A stretch of 33,442 bases of DNA, taken from IMG/VR virus record IMGVR_UViG_3300020045_014567, positions 1-33,442 of that record. One strand, written 5' to 3'. This DNA is from a virus. Lineage: Duplodnaviria > Caudoviricetes. The notes beneath the pieces were generated by a model, which was not told where the DNA came from, made no database searches, and saw nothing but the letters and a program-made list of their open reading frames with translations. How positions within the stretch are numbered: position 1 is the stretch's first letter; the number at the start of each line of letters is the position of its first letter. Below are positions 16,553 to 26,500 of the stretch, piece by piece. The translations under genes and the position numbers were made by a program.

Positions 16553-18691
16553 TTACTGTATTATTGTTGTTACTCCGTTTTGTTTTCTCATTATAACTGT
16601 ATACTCTTTCAAAGCGTTGATCTCATTCTGAGACACAATTGCTACAGTCTTACCTACACTCTGAAGAGCATCAATGATAGACTCTAATCCCATAACATCA
16701 ACCTGATCAAGTATCTCATCAGCCACAAGTAAATCAATTCCTTTACCATGAGCGCAATTCAAATTGATTAACTCTTGGTTCGCCATGATCACGCAAATAT
16801 CGATCCTTCCACGCTCTCCTCCAGAGAATTTACCATAACTTCCAGCATCAAATCCACCTCTTAATACAGTGGTATCAATTTTCTCTTTCATCTTTCCGGT
16901 AGAGAGCAGTTTATAGCCTTCAATGTTGATCGATAGATCTGTTCCCATTGATTGTAAGAAGAGGTTAGTGTAGTCAGCTACGTTCTTGATAGATTGATTG
17001 GCTACGTGTGATTTGAAGTTCTTGAAGTTGATCTCCCAAACCTTCACTGCTTCAATCTCTTTTTCAAGAGTGTTGAGTTTCTTATCAATTTCGCCTTCTT
17101 CCTCAAAAGCGTCTTCGATCTTTTTGGTTAGTTCATCAACCTTCTCTTGTCCGCTTTCTTTCGTGATCTCTCCGAGTTTGTTTTGAAGATCGATAAGATC
17201 GTTGTTTTTGGTTTGTAAACTAGTCTCGAGTGCTGAGAGCGATATTTTTTCGTTTCCAATCTTTCTCTCAATTGAAACTTTATTGTTTAGGAGACCTGAG
17301 TATTCGCGCTCGATAGCTTCTTTCTCACGATTGATCTCATAGATTCGTGACTGAACTTCTTCTAATTTCTTTCCAATCTCCTGGATTTCAATTTTCACTG
17401 ATTCTTGAGCTTTCAAAATATCAGCATTTATCTGTTGTTTCTGACGAGGTATATCTCCGTTGAGTTGTGTATCGAGAATGGCGATTTTAGTCTTGCCTGT
17501 TTTAATTTCCTCAATCACTCCAGGAAGAAGAGTTTTAGCTTCAGTCACATTAAACTCTTTGTCGCGAAGCGAAAAGTTGTGTTTACAATTCGGACACTCA
17601 ATACTGTCTTCAAGTTTCTTTGATACCTCACTCTCAAAGTCTTCGAACTCTTTCAATTCAATTTTAGCCTGAGTAAGATCTGTCTGAATCTTAGTCTCAG
17701 TTGATTTAACGGTGTCTACACGAGTTTTGAAACTATTTTGTACATTCGCGTGCTTCTCGTTTAATTTTCCTTTCTCAAGAATGAGAATCGTTTTCTCCTC
17801 CTCTTTGACTTTATCTTTTCCCGCAACAGTTTTTAGTTTACTTTCTTTGCCATATTCTTCAATTACTTGATCAGCAGCTTTGAGATTGATTTCAAGAGTT
17901 TTGAGTTCTAATTTTTTTGGCTCAATTGACTCTTCTTGTAACTTTACGATACTTTGGATTTGATAGTCTATCGCAACTCTCTGAGCTTCTAATTTCTCTT
18001 CAACTGCTTCAGGAGTGAATTGAGCTTCGATTTTCATTAATTCCTCTGCATACAACTGAGCTTTTGTTTGTGCTGCAGTCTTTGCTTTACCAAGTTGTAC
18101 CTTATCAGCTTCGAGTTTGTCGAGATCTGTTTTGATGAAGGGGAATACTGAGTCGATATTATCAGCGCCAGAAAAACGGTTAATGATCTCTTTCTTCTTT
18201 GTGTCACTAACTTTCAGGAATGGATTGTAGTTGTCTGAGGTAATCAGAAAGAAATTGAAGAAATCCTCTTTGGAGAGTCCGATTGCTTCAAAGATGAATT
18301 TGTTGTATTCGTTGATGTCAGATTTCTTGATTTCGCTATTCTCACCCTCTCCAATCCACACTCGACATTCGCCAGCTTTGGTGTTGGAATAAATCTTTCT
18401 CCAAATACGGAGATCTTTATTTGTAACAGTGTTCTCCAGAAGTAAATCTACTTCACCGGAATCTTGACTGTTTGTGATTAATTCCTTTGTTCTAACGTCG
18501 CGAATCGAAGTGCCAGCGAAAGCGAGAGCGAGTGATTCGATGAAAGCTGATTTGCCACTGCCATTTCGTGGCTGTTGGGGGTTGTCTAAATTCTCACCAA
18601 CTATGATGACAGCTTCTCCTTTACGGAAGAGATAAGTGCTATCAGTGTGAGAGATGATGTTTGTGATTTTGAGCGATTTTGGACGGTACAT
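16553..18691 (-). CDS. SbcC/Rad50/gp46-like recombination ATPase
   Basis: NGSGKS Walker A, coiled coils, CPNC zinc hook, FSGGE signature, ADEILD Walker B. Confidence 0.92.
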   Translation of the reverse strand: MYRPKSLKITNIISHTDSTYLFRKGEAVIIVGENLDNPQQPRNGSGKSAFIESLALAFAGTSIRDVRTKELITNSQDSGEVDLLLENTVTNKDLRIWRKIYSNTKAGECRVWIGEGENSEIKKSDINEYNKFIFEAIGLSKEDFFNFFLITSDNYNPFLKVSDTKKKEIINRFSGADNIDSVFPFIKTDLDKLEADKVQLGKAKTAAQTKAQLYAEELMKIEAQFTPEAVEEKLEAQRVAIDYQIQSIVKLQEESIEPKKLELKTLEINLKAADQVIEEYGKESKLKTVAGKDKVKEEEKTILILEKGKLNEKHANVQNSFKTRVDTVKSTETKIQTDLTQAKIELKEFEDFESEVSKKLEDSIECPNCKHNFSLRDKEFNVTEAKTLLPGVIEEIKTGKTKIAILDTQLNGDIPRQKQQINADILKAQESVKIEIQEIGKKLEEVQSRIYEINREKEAIEREYSGLLNNKVSIERKIGNEKISLSALETSLQTKNNDLIDLQNKLGEITKESGQEKVDELTKKIEDAFEEEGEIDKKLNTLEKEIEAVKVWEINFKNFKSHVANQSIKNVADYTNLFLQSMGTDLSINIEGYKLLSTGKMKEKIDTTVLRGGFDAGSYGKFSGGERGRIDICVIMANQELINLNCAHGKGIDLLVADEILDQVDVMGLESIIDALQSVGKTVAIVSQNEINALKEYTVIMRKQNGVTTIIQ

Positions 18692-18696
18692 ACGAT

Positions 18697-18933
18697 TTAG
18701 TTTATTTTAGAGACTTGATCTTTACTTGGATAGAATACTGTATTAAAAACATCAAAAGGAATACGAAGCTCACTCCCCTGAGAATTTTCAACAATGGCGA
18801 ATGTACCTGTTGGCTCGATGCAAATACGATTTAGTTCACATCTTTCTCCTTGAGCTGCTGTCTTCACGATGGCTTGAGTCAAGTCTCTAACTGTTGTTCC
18901 AGGTTCATAAATTTGATCTTTTTGATTATACAT
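18697..18933 (-). CDS. Hypothetical protein between the sbcD-like and sbcC-like genes
   Basis: 78-aa ORF, tightly packed. Confidence 0.65.
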   Translation of the reverse strand: MYNQKDQIYEPGTTVRDLTQAIVKTAAQGERCELNRICIEPTGTFAIVENSQGSELRIPFDVFNTVFYPSKDQVSKIN

Positions 18934-18937
18934 ACGA

Positions 18938-19981
18938 CTACGAGTTTACGATTTGATTGAAATATTTTAATCCTTCTTTGTGATTGAGTTTGTTCTTTTT
19001 ACAGAAGACTTCAAATTCCTCAGTGAGTGTTTTGCTGTCAAAAGGTTCAATGCGAGCTTCGAGTTCTTCGATTTTGATCTCTTCTTGTTGAAGCTGCACT
19101 TTGATGCCAATACTTTCAAGAGAGGTTTTATTGAATGCTTTGAGGTCTTTCTCGGCTCCTTTTAAAGTGACGCGAATATAGTCCTGAGATTGTTGTTTCT
19201 CAACCTTTAAGTCCTCAATATCTTTGGTAGTCATCGATTTTACATCAACTTCATAAGTCAAATATTGTGGAAAGATAAATGGTACCAGTTCTGTGCTGAG
19301 ATCGTCGTAAATCACTGTAGCGCCTTTCTGAGTGCCTTCTCCGAAGTTGTGCTGCATTGCTGCACCAATGTATTCAATATGATCAAATTGCTGTGGATCA
19401 TGGTAATGGCCGATAAAGACTTTGTCGTACTTACTGAACAAGTTAGAGTTGATGGTGCTCTCAATTTTGGTACCGTTATTCATAACTGCTCCAGTACATC
19501 CAACATGAGTGAGAAGAATGTTTCTTTCAGCGAAGCCTCCAATTTCATCCTTTTCTTGAATCATTTTAATGTACTGCTCGTCGTTGAAGTATGAAGCATA
19601 ATGAATACCGATTCTTCCAGGAATGTTTATTGGAGCTGTAAAGCGAGCTCCACAATACGGATAAATATCCAAAGCAGGGTGATGTTTAAATGGATCAAGG
19701 AAGGATTTAGCGTCTGAATAGGAAGTTTTATCATGGTTGCCTACCACACAATTCAATCCTATTTCATGTTCACGTAAATCATCGAGTATCTCTCCAAAGG
19801 CTGTGAGAACAGCTTGCGATTGAGATTTGCGACTCTGAAAAACATCTCCGACGTGCTCAATAGAGTTTAATCCTAACTGAATCGTTATTTCGACAGCTTG
19901 TCGAAAGATTGATTTGTTTAACTCAATAGTTGAGTCTGAGAGGTGAGTGTCGGTAATTGCGACAGCGATTGCTTTTTTCAT
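18938..19981 (-). CDS. SbcD/Mre11/gp47-like metallophosphoesterase nuclease
   Basis: TDTH, GDVF, GNHD, LTH, GHYH. Confidence 0.92.
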   Translation of the reverse strand: MKKAIAVAITDTHLSDSTIELNKSIFRQAVEITIQLGLNSIEHVGDVFQSRKSQSQAVLTAFGEILDDLREHEIGLNCVVGNHDKTSYSDAKSFLDPFKHHPALDIYPYCGARFTAPINIPGRIGIHYASYFNDEQYIKMIQEKDEIGGFAERNILLTHVGCTGAVMNNGTKIESTINSNLFSKYDKVFIGHYHDPQQFDHIEYIGAAMQHNFGEGTQKGATVIYDDLSTELVPFIFPQYLTYEVDVKSMTTKDIEDLKVEKQQSQDYIRVTLKGAEKDLKAFNKTSLESIGIKVQLQQEEIKIEELEARIEPFDSKTLTEEFEVFCKKNKLNHKEGLKYFNQIVNS

Positions 19982-19982
19982 T

Positions 19983-20282
19983 TTATTTTCTTTTGATTGC
20001 GATTTTTATTTCTCCTTTACAAACTGAACCCAATACACCTCTTTCTTCGAAAGAAATATCGATAAATTTCTCAAGCTCTTCTTTCAGTTGTTTTCTAATT
20101 TCATATTCAGCTTTCCCTCTTTGATAGTCGATTGCTGAAGGAGTATCGTTAAAGTAAATCACAGTCTGCAAAAACTCTACAAGGAAAGGTTCCTCTTTAA
20201 TAGTCAACGAGTCTATTATTGGAAGCGAAGAAAGAGGAATATATCCGAGCTTTCTAAGAATTTGATCGATTAGGTTTTTCAT
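19983..20282 (-). CDS. Hypothetical protein
   Basis: 99-aa ORF with AATCGC upstream. Confidence 0.65.
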   Translation of the reverse strand: MKNLIDQILRKLGYIPLSSLPIIDSLTIKEEPFLVEFLQTVIYFNDTPSAIDYQRGKAEYEIRKQLKEELEKFIDISFEERGVLGSVCKGEIKIAIKRK

Positions 20283-20316
20283 TGCGATTTGCTTAATTAT
20301 GTGATTGTTTAAGAAA

Positions 20317-20400
20317 GAAATCTCCTCACTTCCCCATGACAGACGACTCTCATACTATTACGTAACCTGATAATTTCGCTGGCCTCCGTGAGGAGATTTC
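20317..20400 (-). ncRNA. Candidate structured RNA closed by a perfect 13-bp stem
   Basis: GAAATCTCCTCAC (20317-20329) pairs with GTGAGGAGATTTC (20388-20400). Confidence 0.35.
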
Positions 20401-20496
20401 AGTTTTGGATATTTACAGAATTCTAGATTTTCCGTGCCGACTTCCCAATTCGTCGCGATCTCGAACTTAATCTCTATTCGCGCTTTGCAAGAACCG

Positions 20497-20567
20497 TGGA
20501 GAGTGAGAGATTCGAACTCCCATGAATCAACTTCCTGCTGACGTCCTACCAATTAAATGAACTCCCC
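20497..20567 (-). tRNA. tRNA-like gene with non-canonical anticodon arm (possible GGA, undetermined or pseudo)
   Basis: Acceptor stem GGGGAGT/ACTCTCC+A, D-loop AATTGGT, T-arm GGGAG-TTCGAAT-CTCTC; no U33 and no encoded CCA. Confidence 0.65.
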
Positions 20568-20572
20568 GATTT

Positions 20573-20608
20573 AAAATAAGACAGTACAGTCTTCCGCACT
20601 GCCTTATT
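20573..20608 (-). terminator. Intrinsic terminator after HU
   Basis: Minus strand AATAAGGCAGTGCGG-AAGA-CTGTACTGTCTTATTTT. Confidence 0.6.
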
Positions 20609-20639
20609 CACTTTGTAAACTTTATCTCTTTTTGTCTGC

Positions 20640-20906
20640 TTAATCCAAAGCCACCTCTTTCGAGAATTTGAATTTAGCTAAGTTCTTAGCTGGTACATCA
20701 ACCGGAGCTCCTGTTTTAGGATTGCGGCCAGTACGTGCTTCGCGAACTTTTACTTTGAATACTCCGAAGCCCTTCAAACCTACTTCGTCGCCGGTATTTA
20801 ATGTTTCTACAATAGTTTCAGTTACTGCGTCTAACGCTGACTGAGATTGTGCGATTGTCAAACCTGACTTTTTCGCGATTGCTTTTACTAATTCTGCTTT
20901 ATTCAT
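20640..20906 (-). CDS. hup: HU-family DNA-binding protein
   Basis: MNKAELV, GFGVF, RTGRNPKTG, KFK; start at MNKAEL. Confidence 0.93.
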   Translation of the reverse strand: MNKAELVKAIAKKSGLTIAQSQSALDAVTETIVETLNTGDEVGLKGFGVFKVKVREARTGRNPKTGAPVDVPAKNLAKFKFSKEVALD

Positions 20907-20974
20907 TTTGATTGTTGTTTTGTGCTTCAAGAGGGAGACTTGTTTGAAACCTCCCTTCTATGAGCTGATTGATA

Positions 20975-22351
20975 TTATTTTTGCATTCTTTTGCGCATTT
21001 CTGCTAAACGATCCTGAGTAGAGACGGTAGTTGCTGCTGCTGGTGTTTTCGAAGGAGTTTCAACTACTGGAGGAATCTCCTCGTGAATTTCCGGAGCAGC
21101 GTCTTCGTTGTCGTCTGTTTGCACTTCATCGACATAAGTTTCCTGAGCTAATTCCCATTCGCGCAACGATTCACGTATAGAATCGTCAGAAAGAGTTGGT
21201 TTGATGATTAATCCGGTTTTGTTGATTTTAGCGAAGTCTGCAAGTTCTTTACGAGTCATAAGGCCGAATTTGTCTTCTTCCGGTTCTTCTACTACCGTCT
21301 CAGCAACCACTACAGCATCAACTACTTCGTGAGAAGCTTCTTCAACTTCATTAACAGTCTCATCGTCTTCTTCAGGATAATAAGCCGAAATTTCTTCACA
21401 AATACTCAACCAAGTTTGGTCTTCAAAGGTACCGATTTGATTTTTCGAATCAAAGAACTCCAATCCTTCAAGTTGAAGATCGAAATCGCGACGTTTGAAT
21501 ACATTCCGGAATTTTTTGGCAAGTGGAGTAGCTTTCATAAACTTCTCAAGCTGATCGTCGCTCAAAGGGAACATGCGAGGAAGAGGATAAACTTTGCCGT
21601 TGATGGTTGTATTCTCAATGGCGTTATCGAGTTCAACTTTGTAATAATCGTTTGCTTGCTTCGCATCCTTATCGTAATTAACAATAATTGCACGACCGGT
21701 TTCGATATCTGTAAAAGGATCTGTAGCTAGAGGATCGTTACCAGTGTCAGTTGAGGCCGCAATACTATTCATACGTTCTTTGATAGCTCGTCCAACTTCA
21801 ACCATTCCAAATTTTGGAACGCCTCCAACGATTTGATCAATATACATTACCCAACCTTGTTTATAACTAAGGCCTTGTACTTTTTTCATAAAGTTTCCGG
21901 TAATAGCTTCAAGTTTGCTTTCGATAAAAGTTTTCGCTTTAGCGTCTTGGCAAACTTTCAAATCTTCAGTCAAATGTTCGCGAGAAAAGGCGATATACTC
22001 TTCAACAAGATCTTTCGGAGTTCCACCATGGATACGAGAATTAAATACTGACTTCGATCCTTCTTTCATAATCGGACGACGAGTCTTTGGATCAAGCGTC
22101 TCTTGATGATTTGCATCTTTCTGAGCTACCATCATCGGTAACCACACAACCACTTTAGGTTCGGCAAAAACATCTCCACCTTCATCTTCTATTGGATGAG
22201 GAGGATAAATGCGAGCAAGATTGGAACCGTTGTTCCACTTCAAATAATCTACTCGGTCGTTGTTGCGACCGAGTGAGCTGCTTAATTCAGCATCCTTTTG
22301 CACTGTTGCTGCTACACTGGTAGCCTTAAATTTACTACGGTCTAATGCCAT
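20975..22351 (-). CDS. Single-stranded DNA-binding protein (gp32-like) with acidic C-terminal region
   Basis: GSNLARIYPP, DPFTDIETGRAIIV, acidic tail; recombination cluster context. Confidence 0.65.
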   Translation of the reverse strand: MALDRSKFKATSVAATVQKDAELSSSLGRNNDRVDYLKWNNGSNLARIYPPHPIEDEGGDVFAEPKVVVWLPMMVAQKDANHQETLDPKTRRPIMKEGSKSVFNSRIHGGTPKDLVEEYIAFSREHLTEDLKVCQDAKAKTFIESKLEAITGNFMKKVQGLSYKQGWVMYIDQIVGGVPKFGMVEVGRAIKERMNSIAASTDTGNDPLATDPFTDIETGRAIIVNYDKDAKQANDYYKVELDNAIENTTINGKVYPLPRMFPLSDDQLEKFMKATPLAKKFRNVFKRRDFDLQLEGLEFFDSKNQIGTFEDQTWLSICEEISAYYPEEDDETVNEVEEASHEVVDAVVVAETVVEEPEEDKFGLMTRKELADFAKINKTGLIIKPTLSDDSIRESLREWELAQETYVDEVQTDDNEDAAPEIHEEIPPVVETPSKTPAAATTVSTQDRLAEMRKRMQK

Positions 22352-22422
22352 AATGTTTTGAATTTTGATTGTTAATAATAATGATTAAGATCTTGGCGCT
22401 GATCAGTTATTGTTTGCGTGGT

Positions 22423-22463
22423 AAAAGTACAGACTTGGTTGAAGCGAAACAACAGAAGTATGT
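22423..22463 (-). promoter_or_regulatory. Phage promoter motif copy 4
   Basis: Minus strand ACATACTTCTGTTGTT-N17-GTACTTTT. Confidence 0.65.
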
Positions 22464-22477
22464 ATTTGTTTGGGTCT

Positions 22478-23008
22478 TTATCTGATTGCTTTTTTAGAAG
22501 CTTTGATCATAACTCCATTAACTGTGTCACTCAGAAGCTCGTTAGAGAATTCCTCAGGACGGATCTTATCAGAGATTTTGTTCAAAAGATTCATTTTAGC
22601 CTGAGCTGCCCAATATAGCGAATCGAGATAATCGAGATTCTTTTGTTTAGCAAAGAAATCGTTTTTCTTAATTCTGTAACGAGCGTCTGTTTTCATTGCT
22701 GCCTCAACTTCGGAGACTGTTCCCTTGCCTCCAGTAGCCACGATTGATTTACGCTTCTCTTCAGTGAGTTGTGCTTCAAAGATTTCAACATCGTTCTTAG
22801 CTTCACTGACGATATTCTGTTGCTCAGCTTTCAAATTAGCGATTCGATTCAATAATACTGGAAAAGTCAAAATCTCTCCGAGGTAGTTGTGGTGATCAAT
22901 CTTCAAGATTTCGTCGATATCGATATCGGTATCAAAAGGTAGTGCTTTTAGCACCACCATTTTGTCTTTTAACTCTATTACTAGAGGTTCTTGTTCGTAG
23001 TTCGCCAT
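22478..23008 (-). CDS. UvsY-like recombination mediator (coiled-coil)
   Basis: Helical; TVSEVEAAMKTDARY pattern; next to SSB. Confidence 0.5.
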   Translation of the reverse strand: MANYEQEPLVIELKDKMVVLKALPFDTDIDIDEILKIDHHNYLGEILTFPVLLNRIANLKAEQQNIVSEAKNDVEIFEAQLTEEKRKSIVATGGKGTVSEVEAAMKTDARYRIKKNDFFAKQKNLDYLDSLYWAAQAKMNLLNKISDKIRPEEFSNELLSDTVNGVMIKASKKAIR

Positions 23009-23622
23009 TATACTTCAGGAGTTGGAACCTTTTTCTTTGCGCTCATAATTTCAGAGTCGTACACTTTTAATCCTTCTTCAGCAAGAAGGAGTTTGATTTC
23101 CTTACTCGTTGCGCCACCAATCAAAAGTTCGACGATTTTGTCTTGCTTGGTTGGTGCACCGGCAACTTTTTCAGCTTTAGGAGTTTTTTCAACTTTTTCT
23201 TTTACTACTTTCTCTTTCGCAAGTTTAGCGCCTTTGTTAGCTTTCTCTACCGCTTTTGCGTTTGCTTTTTCAAGAGGCTCCATCTTTTCGATTTGATCCA
23301 TAGGGACACGGATTGTTTCTCCGTTGTCTGTTTCGATTCGCATCTTAGGTGCGCCAGTAACATCGTTTGTTGTAATCATTTTTGTCTTTATTTTTATTGG
23401 TGTAATTGTTTCAATTGGTTCATCGTTATTTGTTGTTCCAGAATTCATCTGAATGATCGCAGCCTTATTGTTGCTTCTAATATTACTATAAACCTCGATA
23501 AGAGTTTTAGAGGTTGCAGTAGTTGTTTCTTCGTAAAGAGCCACGAATTCAAGGACACTTCGAGATTCGATCGCTGCTTTGATAACAGCAGGATTGTTAC
23601 GATTAAATAGTTGCTTGCTCAT
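23008..23622 (-). CDS. Lys-rich protein with C-terminal domain shared with 11412..12011
   Basis: TKQD...KEI...L..EG.KVYDSEI. Confidence 0.7.
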   Translation of the reverse strand: MSKQLFNRNNPAVIKAAIESRSVLEFVALYEETTTATSKTLIEVYSNIRSNNKAAIIQMNSGTTNNDEPIETITPIKIKTKMITTNDVTGAPKMRIETDNGETIRVPMDQIEKMEPLEKANAKAVEKANKGAKLAKEKVVKEKVEKTPKAEKVAGAPTKQDKIVELLIGGATSKEIKLLLAEEGLKVYDSEIMSAKKKVPTPEV

Positions 23623-24406
23623 CTTCGATTGTGTTTTTAACGATTCCTCTCAGGAATTCGATGTTGCGTTTAGCAAAATAGATATCTGCTTCAGAAAGAG
23701 ATTGATGGAAATAGTTCTTAGGAGTTTTGATTCTTCTGAAATCGCCGTCTTCCCAAGAAACTCCGCACATTCCAGCCCAAACACTGAAGCACGAATCAGT
23801 CGAGCGCATAAGTGGATTGTTTTTGTACTTCAAGAATTCTCGAGGATCTCCGGCACCAAGACAGTGGATGGGTTTCTGAATTAAACCTGCTTCCATAAGT
23901 TCATCATAACATGCGTGACGTCCTTCCATAATACCTTGATCTTCTCCAGCCATTCCCCAAGCATGAGGTACTCCAATTTTAGAAAAACCGATTGTTTTTA
24001 CATGAGGATTTGCGAGCATTTGTTTGTAACAGAAAAGCCAATCTTCTTTAGTTGTACCCTGTGGTACTGCGAATATATCAACTTTATCAAGTAGATCGGC
24101 TTCTTCCATCATTTCAATGAATTTGTTCAGATCTCCAAGAGTAGTTTCAGCGTCGAAGATAGTATCCAAAGGAATGATCTCGTTTGGCATCAAATCTTTT
24201 GCTGCTTCGAGTAGTTCTTGAGGTGTAACTGTCTCATAGTCACCCATTCCGTTGTCGAGAATTGTCCATATTCCTTCAGTCTTTAGCTGTTTAACATAGT
24301 TGCGATATTTTTCGTTTCGCAAGTAATGCTGCGCCAGAACAAAAATCATTTCACCTTCTCTCATTAGTTCTGGGTTAGACAGAGGTGGTATTACGCAAAA
24401 TTTCAT
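23603..24406 (-). CDS. dpdA: TGT-fold 7-deazaguanine transglycosylase (DpdA-like, possibly DpdA3)
   Basis: ILDNG, PLD, AVPQG, IHCLG, RSTDS correspond in order to TGT/DpdA motifs; folE, queD and queE are in the same window. Confidence 0.75.
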   Translation of the reverse strand: MKFCVIPPLSNPELMREGEMIFVLAQHYLRNEKYRNYVKQLKTEGIWTILDNGMGDYETVTPQELLEAAKDLMPNEIIPLDTIFDAETTLGDLNKFIEMMEEADLLDKVDIFAVPQGTTKEDWLFCYKQMLANPHVKTIGFSKIGVPHAWGMAGEDQGIMEGRHACYDELMEAGLIQKPIHCLGAGDPREFLKYKNNPLMRSTDSCFSVWAGMCGVSWEDGDFRRIKTPKNYFHQSLSEADIYFAKRNIEFLRGIVKNTIEDEQATI

Positions 24407-24418
24407 ATTTATTTATTT

Positions 24419-25141
24419 TTAAATGTTATATAACTCTTTCGATTTCAAGAAGTATTCTTCTTTGCTTTCTACAGCGATACAATTTCTATTCAAATTCCTA
24501 CAAGCTCTCGCTACAACAAAGCTTCCAGCACATGGATCAACTACTAATTGTTCCTCATTAGAGTATTGCTTGATCAACAATTCAACTAATCCTAACGGCT
24601 TTTGAGTAGGGTGAAACTTTAAGTTCGATATATTTGGTTCCTTTGCAAAATAGATTGTTGACGTTGGATAGCGATCAGTTTCTCCTCCTCCAGACGTATT
24701 CAATTTTGTATTGTTGTAATTGGTGCCGTCAGACACTTTCTTATTCCAATTGTTGATTGGAGTGTGTCCAGTTGTCTTTTGAGGATTGTAAGTGTATTGA
24801 TTGATGTTTTTAGTAAAGATCAAAATTAGCTCGTGGTTATCCATCACTTTCTTCTTGGCGTTTAGGAAGCCAGTCGGTTTATTCTTAATCCAAATGATTT
24901 CGTGACTGAACCATTTTCTATCAAGATTTATTAAAATCGAAGCCAATTCTATACTTGCGAAAGTAATGAAGGTTCCGTTTTCTTTTAAAGCTTGTTTCGC
25001 TAAGCTCATAAATCGAGTATAATTGAAGAATCTATCCCAGTCATTTGCTGTCTCCTTGTAAGGTAAATCAGTACATATTAAATCTACTTCTTTTAATTTC
25101 TCTAGCTCTTCGAAAGCGTCTCCTATTCTACAGTCTATCAT
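24419..25141 (-). CDS. Beta-class N6A/N4C DNA methyltransferase
   Basis: TDLPY, IIWIK, HPTQKP, VVDPCAGS; no cognate restriction enzyme seen. Confidence 0.88.
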   Translation of the reverse strand: MIDCRIGDAFEELEKLKEVDLICTDLPYKETANDWDRFFNYTRFMSLAKQALKENGTFITFASIELASILINLDRKWFSHEIIWIKNKPTGFLNAKKKVMDNHELILIFTKNINQYTYNPQKTTGHTPINNWNKKVSDGTNYNNTKLNTSGGGETDRYPTSTIYFAKEPNISNLKFHPTQKPLGLVELLIKQYSNEEQLVVDPCAGSFVVARACRNLNRNCIAVESKEEYFLKSKELYNI

Positions 25142-25368
25142 CTTTTTAATTGTTCTCTTGTTTTCTCTTCACATATTCGAGCTAACTCGATCATGCATTT
25201 GTTGTCGTAAAGCGTGTTAGGTTCAGGATGAAAGACATATTTACGCCATCTTCCGAGCCACTTGATGTATCCAAGGATTATCATACTGTCCAAAGTCTGC
25301 ACTTCCCAAACTTTGGTTTTACCAGTTTTAGAATCTGTTAGATAGTTAACTTTAAAGTACTCACTCAT
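25138..25368 (-). CDS. Phage hypothetical protein
   Basis: 76 aa, LGYIKWLGRWRKYVFHP; overlaps its neighbours. Confidence 0.7.
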   Translation of the reverse strand: MSEYFKVNYLTDSKTGKTKVWEVQTLDSMIILGYIKWLGRWRKYVFHPEPNTLYDNKCMIELARICEEKTREQLKR

Positions 25369-26500
25369 AATCTCTCACAATTAACATTTTCCCGAACCTT
25401 GGCACTTGTCTATCGCTCGTTAAATTCTGATAGCGAATCGTCACCATCTGTCCAATCAACTGATCCTTATCTTTCAAGAGCTGTTTGCAGTAATCAACTG
25501 TTCCCTTCAAACCTGCTGAGAATTCTTCGCCTCTAATATCGCGACAATAAACTTTTGCAGCCATTCCGGCACGATTTCCTCTACCTTCTTCAATGTTGAT
25601 CAATTCAAATTCAGCGTCTTGAAACTCTTTCCACTTCAAAAGATCTTTTGTGCGGTGATTTTGGTAGAGTGAGTCGGCATTCCGAATCATTACTCCTTCA
25701 TAACCCATTTCAATGAATTTGTCACGGTACTCTTTGAGGATTTCTTTGGTTACTTGACCTTGAGAGTTGTCGAGAAAAGTGGTTGGAACAAGATGAAGAT
25801 GTATTTTCTCGAAAGGATGTGCATCTTCGAAGAGAGTTTGCAAGGCTGCGTAACGTGCAGCAAAAGACATTTCTTTTACATCGATATCGTAAATATGGTA
25901 TTGAGCAAGTTTTTTTGCCTTCTGCAAATCTTCTTCAGTAGGCTTCTGTTTTTTGAAAATAGAAATGATTTCATTGAAATCGTCGTGTAGCTCGTGATTG
26001 TACGCTTCACCATCGATTTTTACGTTTGCTTTTAATCCTGAAAGAAGTAAAGAAGTTTCTTTCCAAATATGAGGTAAGGAAAAAATTGACTTCCCAGTGC
26101 GAGTGAATAATCCATTCTCAGCTCCAATAGTTCTGGCACCGTCGAGTTTTGCTTGCAAAGCGATATGAGGTAATTTAAGAGCGTAGTCCCAATTCTCTTC
26201 GAGTTTGTGAGCTAACTGTGGAAGAATCTTCATCGCAGCCTCGTCAACTGAGTTAATATCTTCAGTCCAGCCTTTATCTAACTGTTTTCTAACGCGAGCT
26301 TCTGCTTCTTTAATAGCTTGCTCTTGAGGTGAGGTTTCGTTTGTAGAACCGATTCTTTTACCTTGACAACTCGTCCATTCAGTAGGAGTTTGTTTACCAT
26401 CAAGATAACCTTCGGTTGTACGGTAGCGATTGTCTTCGGTTTCGATTTGCCAGATTTGCAACTTTCCGTTGCGCGATTTTTTAAAGAGTGTAGTCTTCAT
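25361..26500 (-). CDS. ATP-dependent DNA ligase with N-terminal WGR-like domain
   Basis: KLDGAR, IDGE, YDI, EGVMIR, LLKWK, VPRF. Confidence 0.9.
   Translation of the reverse strand: MKTTLFKKSRNGKLQIWQIETEDNRYRTTEGYLDGKQTPTEWTSCQGKRIGSTNETSPQEQAIKEAEARVRKQLDKGWTEDINSVDEAAMKILPQLAHKLEENWDYALKLPHIALQAKLDGARTIGAENGLFTRTGKSIFSLPHIWKETSLLLSGLKANVKIDGEAYNHELHDDFNEIISIFKKQKPTEEDLQKAKKLAQYHIYDIDVKEMSFAARYAALQTLFEDAHPFEKIHLHLVPTTFLDNSQGQVTKEILKEYRDKFIEMGYEGVMIRNADSLYQNHRTKDLLKWKEFQDAEFELINIEEGRGNRAGMAAKVYCRDIRGEEFSAGLKGTVDYCKQLLKDKDQLIGQMVTIRYQNLTSDRQVPRFGKMLIVRDYE

Noticed and set aside
20358-20552. 64-aa minus ORF
   Set aside because: Overlaps the tRNA-like gene and stem-loop, has a TTG start and no coding features.
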